Assembly: GCF_032191835.1 (NCBI RefSeq)
Contig: NC_083231.1
Coordinates: 126,170,001 to 126,234,000 of the forward strand
Length of the DNA: 64,000 bases
Reading direction: 5' to 3'
Source of the DNA: Heteronotia binoei
Lineage: Eukaryota
In this document: in pieces, positions 40,358-52,800 of the stretch
How the letters are laid out: every line of letters starts with the position of its first letter
Position numbering within the stretch: position 1 is the stretch's first letter
The notes under the pieces: model-generated
Told to the model about the DNA's origin: nothing
What the model saw: only the letters and a program-made list of their open reading frames with translations
The model's database searches: none
Position numbers and translations under genes: made by a program

Positions 40358-42458
40358 TCTGAGATGAGGAGACATGTGAGGAGGAAACTGAAAGGAAAAG
40401 TAAATACGGGCAAAACCCTTGGGAAAGCTTGGAGACTATTTAAAACTATAATCCTAGAAGCTCAGATAAAATACATACCACGTTAAGAAAGGCACAAACA
40501 GGCATAAGAAAAGGCCTACATGGCTAACAAACAAAGTAATGGAAGCTGTAAAAGGTAAGAAGGACTCCTTTAAGCGGTGGAAAACCAGTCCAAGTGAGAT
40601 TAGTAAAAAGGAACACAGGCTGTGGCAAATCAAATGCAAGACTGTGATCAGGCAGGCAAAAAGGGACTATGAGGAGCATATTGCAACAAACATAAAGACC
40701 AACAATAAAAATTTCTTCAAATATATTAGAAGTAGGAAACCAGCCAGGGAGGCAGTGGGGCCCTTGGATGACCATGGGGGTAAAAGGATTACTGAAGGAG
40801 GATAGGGAAATAGCTGAGAAGCTGAACGAATTTTTTGCCTCCACTGTGGAAGATGAGAACTTTTTGCCCGCCCCAGAACCACTAATATTGGAAGGGGTGT
40901 TGAAAGACCTGAGTCAGATTGAGGTGACAAAAGAGGAGGTCCTACAACTGATGGACGCATTAAAAACTAATAAGTCACCGGGTCCAGATGGCATACATCC
41001 GAGAGTTCTGAAAGAACTCAAAGTTGAACTTGTGGATCTTCTAACAAAAATCTGTAATCTTTCATTGAAATCTGCCTCCGTTCCTGAGGACTGGAAAGTA
41101 GCAAATGGCACCCCCATCTTTAAAAAGGGTTCCACAGGAGATCCGGGAAATTACAGGCCAGTCAGTCTGACTTCAATACCAGGAAAGTTGATAGAAAGCA
41201 TTATCAAGGACAGAATGAGTAGGCACATTGATGAACACGGGTTATTGAGGAAGACTCAGCATGGGTTCTGCAAGGGAAGATCTTGCCTCACTAACCTGTT
41301 ACATTTCTTTGAGGGGGTGAACAAACGTGGACAAAGGAGACCCGATAGATGTTGTTTACCTTGACCTCCAGAAAGCTTTTGATAAAGTTCCTCATCAAAG
41401 GCTCCTTAGAAAGCTTGAGAGTCATGGAGTAAAAGGTCAGGTCCTCTTGTGGATCAAAAACTGGCTGAGTAATAGGAAGCAGAGAGTGAGTATAAATGGG
41501 CAGTCTTCGCAGTGGAGGACAGTAAGCAGTGGGGTGCCGCAGGGCTCGGTACTGGGTCCCATGCTCTTTAACTTGTTCATAAATGATTTAGAGTTGGGAG
41601 TGAGCAGTGAAGTGGCCAAGTTTGCAGATGACACTAAATTGTTCACGGTGGTGGTAACCAGAGAGGATTGTGAGGAACTCCTAAGGGATCCGTTGAGGCT
41701 GGGTGAGTGGGCGTCAACGTGGCAGATGCGGTTCAATGTGGCCAAGTGCAAAGTAATGCACATTGGGGCCAAGAATCCCAGCTACAAATACAAGTTGATG
41801 GGGTGTGAACTGGCAGAGACTGACCAAGAGAGAGATCTTGGGGTCGTGGTAGATAACTCACTGAAAATGTCAAGACAGTGTGCGTTTGCAATAAAAAAGG
41901 CCAGCGCCATGCTGGGAATTATTAGGAAGGGAACTGAAAACAAATCAGCCAGTATCATAATGCCCCTGTATAAATCGATGGTGCGGTCTCATTTGGAGTA
42001 CTGTGTGCAGTTCTGGTCGCCGCACCTCAAAAAGGATATTATAGCATTGGAGAAAGTCCAGAGAAGGGCAACTAGAATGATTAAAGGGCTGGAACACCTT
42101 CCCTATGAAGAAAGGTTGAAACGCTTGGGGCTCTTTAGCTTGGAGAAACGTTGACTGCGGGCTGACATGATAGAGGTTTACAAGATAATGCATGGGATGG
42201 AGAAAGTAGAGAAAGAAGTACTTTTCTCCCATTCTCACAATACAAGAACTCGTGGGCATTCGATGAAATTGCTGAGCAGACAGGTTAAAATGGATAAAAG
42301 GAAGTACTTTTTCACCCAAAGGGTGATTAACATGTGGAATTCACTGCCACAGGAGGTGGTGGCGGCCACAAGCATAGCCACCTTCAAGAGGTGTTTAGAT
42401 AAAAATATGGATCAGAGGTCCATCAGTGGCTATTAGCCACAGTGTGTGTGTGTGTGTG

Positions 42459-42511
<53 letters not shown>

Positions 42512-42589
42512 TTTGCCACTGTGTGACACAGAGTGTTGGACTGGATGGGCCATTGGCCTGATCTAACATGGCTTCTCTTATGTTCTTAT
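40358..42589 (+). mobile_element. 5'-truncated CR1 ORF2 (2.2 kb, frameshifted) with 3' UTR
   Basis: Consecutive ORFs 40539-40805, 40768-41364, 41327-42154 and 42167-42436 carry [42 protein letters not shown] and FADD. GATTC is duplicated at both junctions. Confidence 0.95.
42442..42506 (+). repeat. (GT)n(AT)n microsatellite inside the CR1 3' UTR
   Basis: Read directly from the sequence. Equivalent tracts lie at 54021-54104 and 61795-61826. Confidence 0.95.
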
Positions 42590-43676
42590 GATTCCCCACT
42601 CCTCCACTTGCACCTGCTGGAATGGCCTTGGGTCAGCCAGAGCTTTCTTATCTGGGAGAACCGGGTTGGATTCCCCACTCCTCCACTTGCAGCTGCTGGA
42701 ATGGCCTTGGGTCAGCCATAGCTCTTGTAGGAGTTGTCCTTGAAAGGGCAGCTTCTGGGAGAGCTCTCAGCCCCACCCACCTCACAGGGTGTCTGCTGGG
42801 CGGGGGGGGGGGGGGAAGTAAAGGAAATTGTGAGCCGCTCTGAGACTCTGATTCAGAGAAAAGGGCGGGGTATAAATCCAGTCTTTTTCTTCACAGCACC
42901 GAAACTCTCCCCCCCTCCCCCGAAGATTCACCTGTCCTTCTGCTTCCATCCTCTGCCAGCAGGTGAAGACTTTTTTGCATCATCCAGCATTCCCTCTGGG
43001 ATAGCTCCTTGCTGCCCAGTGGTTTAATGGCGGTTTTTATGTCTTTACTTACTTCTGCTTTTTGTTGTTTTAATGATGTTTTTTGTTTAATGGATTAAAA
43101 TGTGGTTTACTTACAAAACCGCTGGGGAGGCAGGAGTGCTTCCTGCAGAAGCCCTGCATGACACAGCCAGCTGCCAGGCTCTGGTGCCAATGGCACTCCT
43201 CCCCCCTTTCCGTGGAGGAGATGCCAGGCAAAGTGCCCTCAGCATTCCTGGCTTGGGTGTCTGGGTCAGCCAGCTCATCTTCTGACAGTCCCTCCACGCC
43301 CCCTCTGTCCCAACACTGCCGGAAGAGCTTCCCTTCTTGGAGCTGGGCTTACACAAGAGCGAAGTAAGCAGCAGCACTAATCCTTGGGCCTGGAGGTGCC
43401 TCCCAGGCAAGCCCAGATCTCAGACGCTCACCAGGGCCGGCCCCGGTTGGTATTTGGGGGGAAGACCACCAGGGAAAGGGTCCCAAGGCAGCTGATGGCA
43501 ACCCACCTTCCCTTGGAACCCTCAGGAACCCACAGCCACAGGTCACCTCTGACCTGATAGCACTTCCCACCATCAATAAACAGACCAACGGCAAAACGAT
43601 CCTTTCAAGAAAGTCATGCTATCAGGCGTCTTCACAGACTGCAGCACATCTTCTCTCCCAAGAAGGGATTTAGCGC

Positions 43677-43800
43677 AGAGGTGTCCAACTCATTTGTTAC
43701 AAGGGCCAAATCTAACATAAACGTCACTTTGTCAGGCCAGGCCGTGTGCCCCAAAAAACTAGCATGCGGTGCAGGAGATGTAAACTATAGAAAGATGTTT
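43677..43800 (+). mobile_element. hAT-type MITE end fragment
   Basis: CAGAGGTGTCCAACTCATTTGTTACAAGGGCC resembles CAGGGGTGTCAAAC-type hAT termini. The other end was not found. Confidence 0.4.
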
Positions 43801-43924
43801 TCAGATGCCAAATGCCAATAGCAGGTGTGATTGGGCCAGGCGTGATATGCAGAGATAGCAGAACTGGTAAAGAGGCAGCAACCGAGGCCTGTTTGGTCCA
43901 GGAAGATGCAACGAATAAATGGAA

Positions 43925-44345
43925 GTAAGTCTGAAGAAGCGAGCAGTGACTTATGAAAGCACAAGACCTACCACAAATGTTGTTAGTCTTATTCTTTCTA
44001 CTGCTATTAGAAACCACAACTTTCAAAACCAGCAGAGGAACATTTTAACCTTCCAGGACACTCAGTTGCGGCCCCAAGAGTAGCAGTTCTCTTACAAAGG
44101 AATTTCAGAGGTAGATCAGAAAATGAGACTGCTGAATTGCAACTGATAGTGAAGCTCAAGTCAATGCATCCTCCTGGACTGAATTGAGACCGAGGTTTCT
44201 TCTCTCATTACCAATGCCTGGTATTGTCATTTGGCATCTGAAACCACTCCACTCTTCAAGATATAAGGATACATTCTAGCTGTATCTGAAGAACTGAGCA
44301 CTGACTCAAGAGAGCTCCTGCCCTGCCACAAATTTTGCTCCCTTC
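43925..44345 (+). mobile_element. Penelope-like element remnant: terminal repeat, GIY-YIG C-terminal ORF fragment, terminal repeat
   Basis: 44095-44210 translates RNFRGRSENETAELQLIVKLKSMHPPGLN*DRGFFSHY, the typical end of a Penelope ORF. CTGAAGAA...GAAAGC motifs lie at 43931-43960 and, degenerate, near 44286-44320. Confidence 0.65.
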
Positions 44346-45024
44346 TGCTAACACCGAATGCGAGCTGTGCTCGTAGGTTTCTTCCCCTCCCCATCTGTTA
44401 GATGCTGCTTCCTTCCCTCCGCTCCTGGCCAGTTCCTGAGGGGAGAGCCTCGGCCCTCAGGCAGGGCAAAAGTCCCCTCTGGGGCAAAGACACAGCCCCC
44501 CTCTCCGGGTGCCGCCAGGAAACAACTGTGGGCCACCAGATGGGCCCTCACTGTGGCTCAAGGCAAGGGGATGGTAGTGGGCTGGTGTTTGCGTCCAGGA
44601 CAGGGATTCTGGGCCACCGCCAAGGAGTCCCCAAGATGGCAACTGCGTGACTTGTACCCACGAGAGCGCTGCCATGGCTCAAACCCCACACGTAGAGGCT
44701 TCACCTGACCAAACACTCTGCTGCTTCCCAGGGGGCAGCTGAGCATCTTCCCACCCTCAAATTGTGCAGGGTCTCTTTGGAGACAATCATATTTTGGGAA
44801 ATGGGGGACAGGATTGGTCCCTGGAAGTCTTGCAGGGCTGTGTCCCTTCGAGGAGGAGGAGGGCAGGGGGCTGTTCCTGAGGGCAGCAGAGGAGAGGGCT
44901 CACAATCAGGGGTCTCAATGAAAGGCAGGAAAGCACCGGCTGGATTACAGTCAGAGTTGCTTGACAGCGGACTCTGCTCCCGAGGGAGGTGGGCACCTCT
45001 GCCTCACTGGTGGTCTTCAAGCAG

Positions 45025-45496
45025 CTTGTACAACAACCGCAAAAAACTGGAGAACGACGAATGAATCCTGAAAATTACTTCAAAATAATAAATAATTATT
45101 CTTCAAACGTTACAAAATCACATTAATCCATATTGTCAATAATTAATGAATACAAGGGATAAAGTGCAAAGAAATTTTCAAAAGTGCTTGCAGTTCGTTG
45201 TGTCAGTTTCCGACTTGAGACGCTTGGAGACTCTTCAGCCGACTCCGCGGGGCAAATAAAGTGCCAGTGCCGACCGTATTCCAGATGCAGACACTTTTGG
45301 TTTTCCAAAAAAAAAATGTTCATCAATTTTCAAGATGTTGCTTTAAACCTTCATCTTTTAAAGACATATAGCGGGTAACCATCAGCCTCTAACAGTAAAG
45401 CCTGTAATACTGTTTCAAGTTCCTTTATCTGAGAGATGAAGTAATTTTCAGGATTCATTCGTTATTTTCCACAGTTTTTTGCGGTTGTTGTACAAG
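45025..45496. mobile_element. 472-bp AT-rich element with TIRs of about 58 bp (MITE, superfamily uncertain)
   Basis: 45025-45082 (CTTGTACAACAACCGCAAAAAACTG...GAATGAATCCTGAAAATTACTTCA) is the near-perfect reverse complement of 45437-45496. Confidence 0.8.
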
Positions 45497-45569
45497 TTGT
45501 TCTATTCTGTGGAGCTCTAGGCTTTACCAGTCTTCAAGCAGCAGCTGGACAAACCCTCCTTTAGAGACA

Positions 45570-45680
45570 GTGGTGAGAGCGCTGGACTGGGGAGACCCAG
45601 GTTCAAATCCCCACTCTGGGTGAGTCATTGGGGGCCAGTCCCCCACCCCGCCTCACAGGGTGGTTTTTTGAGAAAGTGCT
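45570..45680 (+). mobile_element. Old tRNA-derived SINE fragment
   Basis: GTGGTGAGAGCGCTGGAC...CCAGGTTCAAATCCCCAC (A and B boxes) followed by CCTCACAGGG. Confidence 0.5.
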
Positions 45681-46874
45681 CCCGGGAAGGACAAAAAGGT
45701 GGCAGAGAAGTGGAAATGCCAAATGGGAAGAGGGGAAAAGGGGGGACAAGAACGGCCGTGTGTGGGGGGGGGGGCTTATCTCAAGTGTGCCGAAGGCAGT
45801 GCAGGTGAGCGGCTGGTCCATTCCTCCCCCCTCCCTATCACTCCTCTGGGAGTCCACTGACCGCCCCCCCTGCCCCTTGGCTTGCTTGGGGGAGGGGGGC
45901 AAGGTCCAGGAGCCTGGACAGAGCCCAAGTGGGAGAAGGTGGCAGGCGCAGCCCAGCCCCCAGCCCCGTTTCCCCTTGGGCCTGAAAGGGGGGATGAGGG
46001 TTGAATGAGCCCCAGAGTGCAGTGGGGGGCACAGCAGCCCCCCCGTGATGTGTTTCATTCCATCGCACACACTCTCCCCCCCACCCCAGGCTGCATCCCT
46101 GGAGCCCTCCAAACAAAGAACCAGGAAAGAAGAAGGTGGGGAGGGGTCCACATGCAACATTAGAGCTTTCTGGCAGCAGCAGCCCCTTCCCTCCCCTCTT
46201 CAGCCAGGACTTGACAAAGGAAACGTTAAATATATATTTAATGTGTTAAGGAGGAGAGGCAGCCCCCCACTTTGATACAATTGAAGGCGGGGGAGGCTCC
46301 AGGCTGGCTGTTTGGCAGGAACCCCCCCCCCCTTTTGCATTGGCACAAATCCCTGAACCGCAGGATAAGGGAGAACGAAGGGGGGGGCAGCATTTCCACA
46401 CCAACCCCCCCCCCCCCCCAAGTCTGGAGATGAGCGTCTTCCACCAAGGGGAAAACATCCGCCCACATGCCAAGAGCTCCCGTTTCCCAGCCCCAAGCGT
46501 TCCAGTCCGCCGCCCCCCCCAAAGAAAGGTACTTTGCTCCTGAGAAGTTTCCGGCCAGGACAGCTGTCCAGCTCTGGGGCTCAGCGGAAAAGTCCCCAGC
46601 CCCAAACTCACTTCTGTGGGAGCCCAGCTGGACAGAGCCAAAGGGCTGAAGCTGGGGAACGCCCCCTGCCCCCCCCCACAGCACAGATGCCCCAGCTCTC
46701 AGGGGAGGCAGCCCCTGCCAGGAGGGGACGGAGGGCGGGGCAGATGCTCCCCAAAGCTGCCAGCAACCACCCTCCCCCGCATCCCTGGCCCAGCGACCAG
46801 GCCTGTCTCCACCCGTGGGGCCACTGCTTCCCTGCCACAGCCAGGCACGGGGGTGGGGGTGGGGGGGCGTCTTC

Positions 46875-49800
46875 TCAGACCTGGGACTGCAGCCACAGGC
46901 GAGGGTCAAAGGTGGGCTGGGCCTGGGGGCGTGGTGGCCGCGTGGGCTCCGGGGTGGGGCTGCCGCTGCTGGAGGAGCTGGAGCGGGAGCGGGAGGGGCC
47001 ACGGGCCCAGGTGGGGGGCAGGCGGCCAGAGCGTCCGTTCCAGGTGCTGAGCTTGGCATCCAGAGAGAGAGTGCGGGGCCGCCCCCAGGGGGGGTGCAGC
47101 GGGCTGGGGCTGGCGCTGGAGCTGCTGTCGCTGTCTGAAGCCACGGCAGGAGGGGACCCCGGCCCCTCAAAGAGGGACAGCCACGGGGGGCTGCCCAGGC
47201 CCGACACCCGCCGGGTCAGGATCTCTGTCACGGCCTCGATGTCATCTGCTGGCTCAATAGCTGGAGGGGAGAGAGGGCGGGAGAAGGGGGAATGAGTGCC
47301 CTGGGCCCAGGAGGGGCTGCATGAAAGGGGGCACGGCAGGAAGCTCCCCCTGGCCTATCTCCCCCACCTGACCTCCAAGAGCCAGCTTCAGTCCTCCCTC
47401 CCCACAGTTGGCTGGCAGGCTGCAAGAACCTTCCCAGCGCCTGACTTCTGAAGGCCAGTGTGGGGCTACGAGAGAGTCCCAATGCAGCACAGGACACCCA
47501 CAAGAAAACGGACCCCACCTGCTTGCAGCGCCCCCCCCCCCCCCGGGTAAGTTGCACCACTCAGGCAGCTCATACTGGACACAGACCCCCCATAAGGGAA
47601 GAGGCTGGGAATTCTGAAAGACGTGACTCCATCCCCTCTTCCCCCCCCCCCCGCCAAATGGAACTGGCACTCCTGCCCTCTCAGCTGGAGCTCCCTACCG
47701 CCCCCCACAACCTCAGTGGAGGCCCCCTCCCCACCCCCTCTCCAGCTGAGCAGCTACGTCACCTGTCACTGTAATAGGAGGAGAGCAGAGCGCGAATCTC
47801 GGCAGAGACAGGGTTGTCCTGCAACAGAAGCCCCTCGCAGGTGGAGGGCAGCCCCACGGGGCCAGGGAGAGCTGGGGGGGGGGCGGGACAGGACAGAGAG
47901 GAAGAGACAGAGAGGGAGACATGCAGAGAGAAAGCAGGAGGAAAGGACAGAGTTACGGACACACAGATCCGGATGGCAGGTGCCAGAGAGATAAGGAGTG
48001 GGGCCCGTGGAGATTCAAGGGCGAGACAGAGCCCCAGAAGAAGGGGCAGAAAACAGAGAGCCCGGCAGCCCCCACCCCACTCCTGCAAGAGACGGGGAGT
48101 GTCCCTGCTGCCTTCGGGCCTGCTCCAGAGTGTGTCTTGCAGCTGGGAGGGGGCTCCGTGGGGTGCGGCTAAGAGGGTGATGAACGTGGCCACCAAGGCT
48201 GGGGAAGGGTCTGCTCCCCACCCAGCAGCTCCTCAGCTTCCTCCAAGAGGCCCTTCCGAGCCGCCATCAAGCGAGGAGGTCCCAGCTCCATCAACCCAGA
48301 GGCCGAGCTGCTCTGCCGGATCAGGCCCACTGCCCCACCCCTTCTGCTGGCTTCTGCAGGCCCCCCGGCTGAGTGGCAGGGGGCACCTTCCCCACACAGT
48401 CCTTGGAGGCCCCCCTGCTTACCTGTTTGGTGGTACAGAGAGCCCTTCTTGGGCAGCTGGGCGGGGGGCCGGCGTGGGGAGGGGTCTTCCACCTTCATCA
48501 GTTCATCACAGCAGTGCTTCCACTGACCTGGGGGAAGAGGGGGGGAAGTGAGTGGGACCCCTCCCGCAATCCAAGGGTCACGTGTCCCCTGGGGGTTGGG
48601 GTCTGGAGGTCCTTGGCTGCCACCTTGTGGCCACCCAAGACCCGCAGTAACCCCCGCCTCATGCAGCTGCCTTCCCCTGGCCCGCTGCTGCCTGCAGTGG
48701 CCAGAACCTCAGCTGGGAACCCCAAGAGCATGCCGGCCAGGCCCCTAGCTCCGAAGGCTCACTGAAGCCCCCTCCCAGTAGCCTTCAGCTCCTCCCAAAG
48801 GGCAGGGGGGACTGGCAGCCGCTGCAGGCCCCGCCTCCCGCCCCGCGGTCCCGCTCACTCATGTCGTAGAAGTGCTGCCAAAAGGCCTCCATCCAGTGCT
48901 GCGTCTCGGCCCGGCTCTCGGCCAGCAGCGTGTGGGTCACCTCTTCCCCCCCATAGCGGTTGGTGACCAGCATGCTCTGCAAGTGCTTCTTGGGGTCCCG
49001 CTCCGTGGCCCTGATGCGTGTCTCCTGCAGGGGCAAAGAGGCTGAAAGGACCCTCAGCACGGAGGCAGGGAAGAGCTGCCACTGATGGGGCTGACCCACC
49101 TCCCCCCCCCCCGTGGCCGCAGGGCTGACCGGAGCTGCTGTGGCTCTCCGTGGGTGGGAGCAGCACCCCCCGCGGGCAATGCACGCCACCCCCTCGCCAT
49201 GCCTGGTGCTCAGCAGCAGCTGCTCACTCAGGCCAGGGAGCGTCACGCAGAGGGGGAACCAGCTGCCACATGAACTCTGGCTTGTTCTCAGTCAGAAGAA
49301 CACGCCATCTCGAACCAGAGAGTTGGAAGGGACCTCCAGTCATCTAGTCCAACCCCCTGCACAATGCAGGAAACTCACTACTGCTCCCCCCCCCACCCCC
49401 AGTGACCCCCTGCAGGCTCCATGCCCAGAAGAGGGGGTGGGACCCCTGGCCAAACTGCTGCCCAGCCCCAGGGTGAGAAGCAGAATGTCCCTGGGCATGA
49501 GAACGAAGTAAATGAAGAGGCTGGATTTATATCCCACCCTCCGCTTGGCGTCTCAGAGTGGCCAACAATCTCCTTTCCCTCCCCCTCCCCACAACAGTCA
49601 CCCTGTGAGGCGGGTGGGGCTGAGAGGGCTCTGAGAGGACTGCTCTGAAAGAACCTGTGACAGACTCAAGGTCACACCAGCAGGTGTATGTGGGGGAGGA
49701 GTGGGGAATCAAACCCGATTCTCCCAGGCTAGCGTCCACGCTCCTAACTTCTATACCCAACTGGCCCTCCACTGATGCAGCCCTTCCTGCCCTCCTTCTC

Positions 49801-52800
49801 ATGATCAGAAAACATCTGCAGGAGCACAGCTGCCCTCTTGTCCGAGCAGCTCAGCCACTCACAGGAAACCCAGCTCTGAAGTCAGCTGGAGCCAATGGGG
49901 CCGCAAAGGGGCAGCCCCTCTGCCATGGGCCTGAGGCCAGCTTGACCTACAGGAGGCACCCCTGTGGCTACCAGGCCAAGAAGGAGACCCAGGCAGGGGT
50001 AACACAGGCCAGCGGTGAGTGAAATGAGAGGGAGGGGGCCAATGGTTTGCCTTCCTCTCCAGGTCCAGCCAGCCAGGGACAGAACCTCTGTTGGGCCTGC
50101 AGGAGGCCCCTGGTCAACCCCTGGCAGTGCCCCCAGGAGGGGATGGGAAGGGTCCATTTCAGCCTCAGGACAGCCCTTTGCAATCCACCCCCCTCAGGGT
50201 CTGCCTACCTTGCTGATGGCGATGGTGAAAGCGGGCTCCACCTGGGCCTCGGCCTCCTGGGGGCGGTGGTAGCAGTGGAGGTTCGGGCCACGCAGAAGAC
50301 AGAAAAGCCGGAGCCAGCCTGGCTGCTCTCCCTGCTGCAGAGATAGGCCAGGAGGGAAGGGGAGGGGAGAGACGCTTTTTGCCCTTGGCTGCTGCAAGCC
50401 CCTTCCCTCCCCCCCACCTGCTTCCCTTTCACAAAGCCCCTGCCCAAAACAGAAAGTGTGGGGGAGGGGATGCTCTCTTCAGACCATCCTGCCCCACCAA
50501 CCCTACCCACAGCTGGGCACAGCCCCACCACTGAGCTACTACAATCCTTTGCCCCTGCATGTCTTGCCCCACGGAGACTGTCCGGCTGCTGCCACGAGGG
50601 AGCCAGGGCTGGATGCAGCCAGGAAGCAAAGCCTCTGGAAGGGGGAACCTGCCCCTCCCTCCCCAGCCACGGCTCAGGCCAGGACCGAAGGCTGCAGGTG
50701 GCCAGCGTGGGCCAAGCGGCCCGAAGGTCTGGAATCCTGCTAGCTGCCATAAGGGAGCTTCTCAGGTCCCTGTGGGGCTCCAAGGGGGGAGGGAGGGGGA
50801 GCCCCAGGAATTCACAGAGACCTCCCCCCTCCCAGATACACTTGTATAAATTGATGGTGCAACCTCGTTTGGAGTACTGGGTACAATTCTGGTCAATTCA
50901 CCTCAAAAAAGATATTATACCATTGGAAAAAGCCCAGAAAACGGCAACTAGAATTATTAAAGAGCTGGAACACTTCCCCTATGAAGAAAGGTTAAAACGC
51001 TTGGGGCTCTTTAGCTTGGAGAAACGTCGACTGCGGGGTGACATGATAGAGGTTTACAAGATTATGCTTGAGATGGAGAAAGTAGAGAAAGAAGTCCTTT
51101 TCTCCCTTTCTCACAATACAAGAACTCATGGGCATTCAATGAAATTGCTGAGCAGTCAGGTTAAAACAGATAAAAGGAAGTCCTTCTTCACCCAAAGGGT
51201 GATTAACACGTAGAATTCACTGCCACAGCATATTGTTGGAACTTTCTGTCTGGGGCAGTGATGCTCTGTATTCTTGGTGCTTTGGGGGGGGCACAGTGGA
51301 AGGGGTTCTAGCACCACTGATGGACCTCCTGATGGCACTTGGGGTTTTTTGGCCACTGAGTGACACAGAGTGTTGCACTGGAGGGGCCATTGGCCTGATC
51401 CAACATGGCTTTTCTTATGTTCTTATGTGACACAGAGTGTTGGACGGGATGGGCCATTGGCTTGATCCAACATGGCTTCTCTTATGTTCTTATGTGACAC
51501 AGGCTCTGAATCAGCTGGGAGACTTCCGCTTCAGCCCCTCCCTGTTTAGCATCAGCGGATCAGTAAATTCAGGCTGCTTCAATCCACAGAATCCTTCGGT
51601 TCCTGGTTTCCCCCCAAAGGTTTTAACTCCTGGGGCAAATGGGATTAAAGCTGGTGCAGGATGAAGAGCTGAAAAGAAGCTCCTGTTCCTTGGCTTCCGT
51701 TGCCACTTGCTCTGCCTTCGCCACATCCTCATAGGATGCCTTTCACCTTGCTGGGAGGGCTCGCAACCTGAACTCCTCAAGGGCATAATCAGGTCTCCTC
51801 CAGAACCATTTAAACACGGGATGCTTCACCTGGCCTTGTTCCCAGTTGGGACTTCTCCTAATTACCTCTCGCTGTGTGAGCAAGATGGAATCCCCAGGGG
51901 AAGATTGAGTCTTTGCAGCTCCACAGGGAAGTGCGAGAAGGAAGAAGAGCTCCTTTCCCTTGCTCCAGGCATTTGCAGTCTCTCACCCCCTGTCATGATC
52001 CTAGGCCCAGTGTGGCCTACACATTTCAGAGAAGCCTGCCTAGGAGTGGCTAGTGGGCCTACATCTCCCAGATCCCTTCTGCCCCACTTACTGGGTGGGC
52101 TGCAGTTTTTGAGGAGAAAGTTGGGGGCGAGATTAAAAGTCCAAGATGCAGACAGCAGGGTGGGTTCCTCTGGAGAGGCTGCAGATAGAGAGAGGATGGT
52201 TCTCTCTGGAGAGGCTGCAGCCAGAGAGGGATCCCTCATCCAAGGAGGGTGAGTTGGGTGAAGTTACAAGAAGGGGACGTCTTTTATTTCTTTATACCAA
52301 CTACTGGTTTGTTTGTTTTTTAAAATTAACTGTTGCTCTAAAAATTCTACAGTTCACTTGTGGTTTTTGAGCACTTATTATCAACCTGCTGTTATTGTTC
52401 TCCTGCCTGGGTCCTAACGTCTCTTTGGTCACAAATAGAAAATGTTTGTTAAAAAGGGAGGGAGAGGGTTGGGGTGGCTGCTTTGGCCCCCCCAGACAGA
52501 CATGTGGTAGCAGCCAGCAGAGGGCCTCCTTGGTCCCCTGGGGTGAGACACCCCTCGATTCAGGCCCAGGAGCACCTTAGAGACCAACATGCATTTCAGG
52601 AGAGAAGCGCTTGAGAATCAAGGCTCTCTTTGTCAGACTCTTAGACTCTCAAAAGTCTACACCCTGAAAACCCATGTGCTAGTGGAGCCGGACCCTCTGA
52701 AAGTCCCTCTCACCCTGGGGGGGGTGTGTTCTGATCTTCCTGCCTCCAGACCCCATCCAGCCCTTTGGCTTCCTCTTGCTCTGCCCGGAGCACAGAGGGC

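Larger units (their letters stand above)
39828..42892 (+). mobile_element. tRNA-derived SINE with about 8 tandem 79-bp units, split by a CR1 insertion
   Basis: Units at 39858, 39937, 40016, 40095, 40173, 40252 and 40331. The array resumes at 42590, and the SINE body and tail follow to about 42892. Confidence 0.88.

Noticed and set aside
45480-45505. Resemblance of ACAACTTGTACAAC to Gateway att sites (vector contamination)
   Set aside because: Only a short partial match, and the inverted-repeat element explains it.
51540-52380. ORFs 51707-52252 (+) and 51862-52239 (-) as a hidden gene or gag-like sequence
   Set aside because: I recognised no motif, splice pattern, LTR or TSD. It could be old repeat debris, and a profile search is needed.
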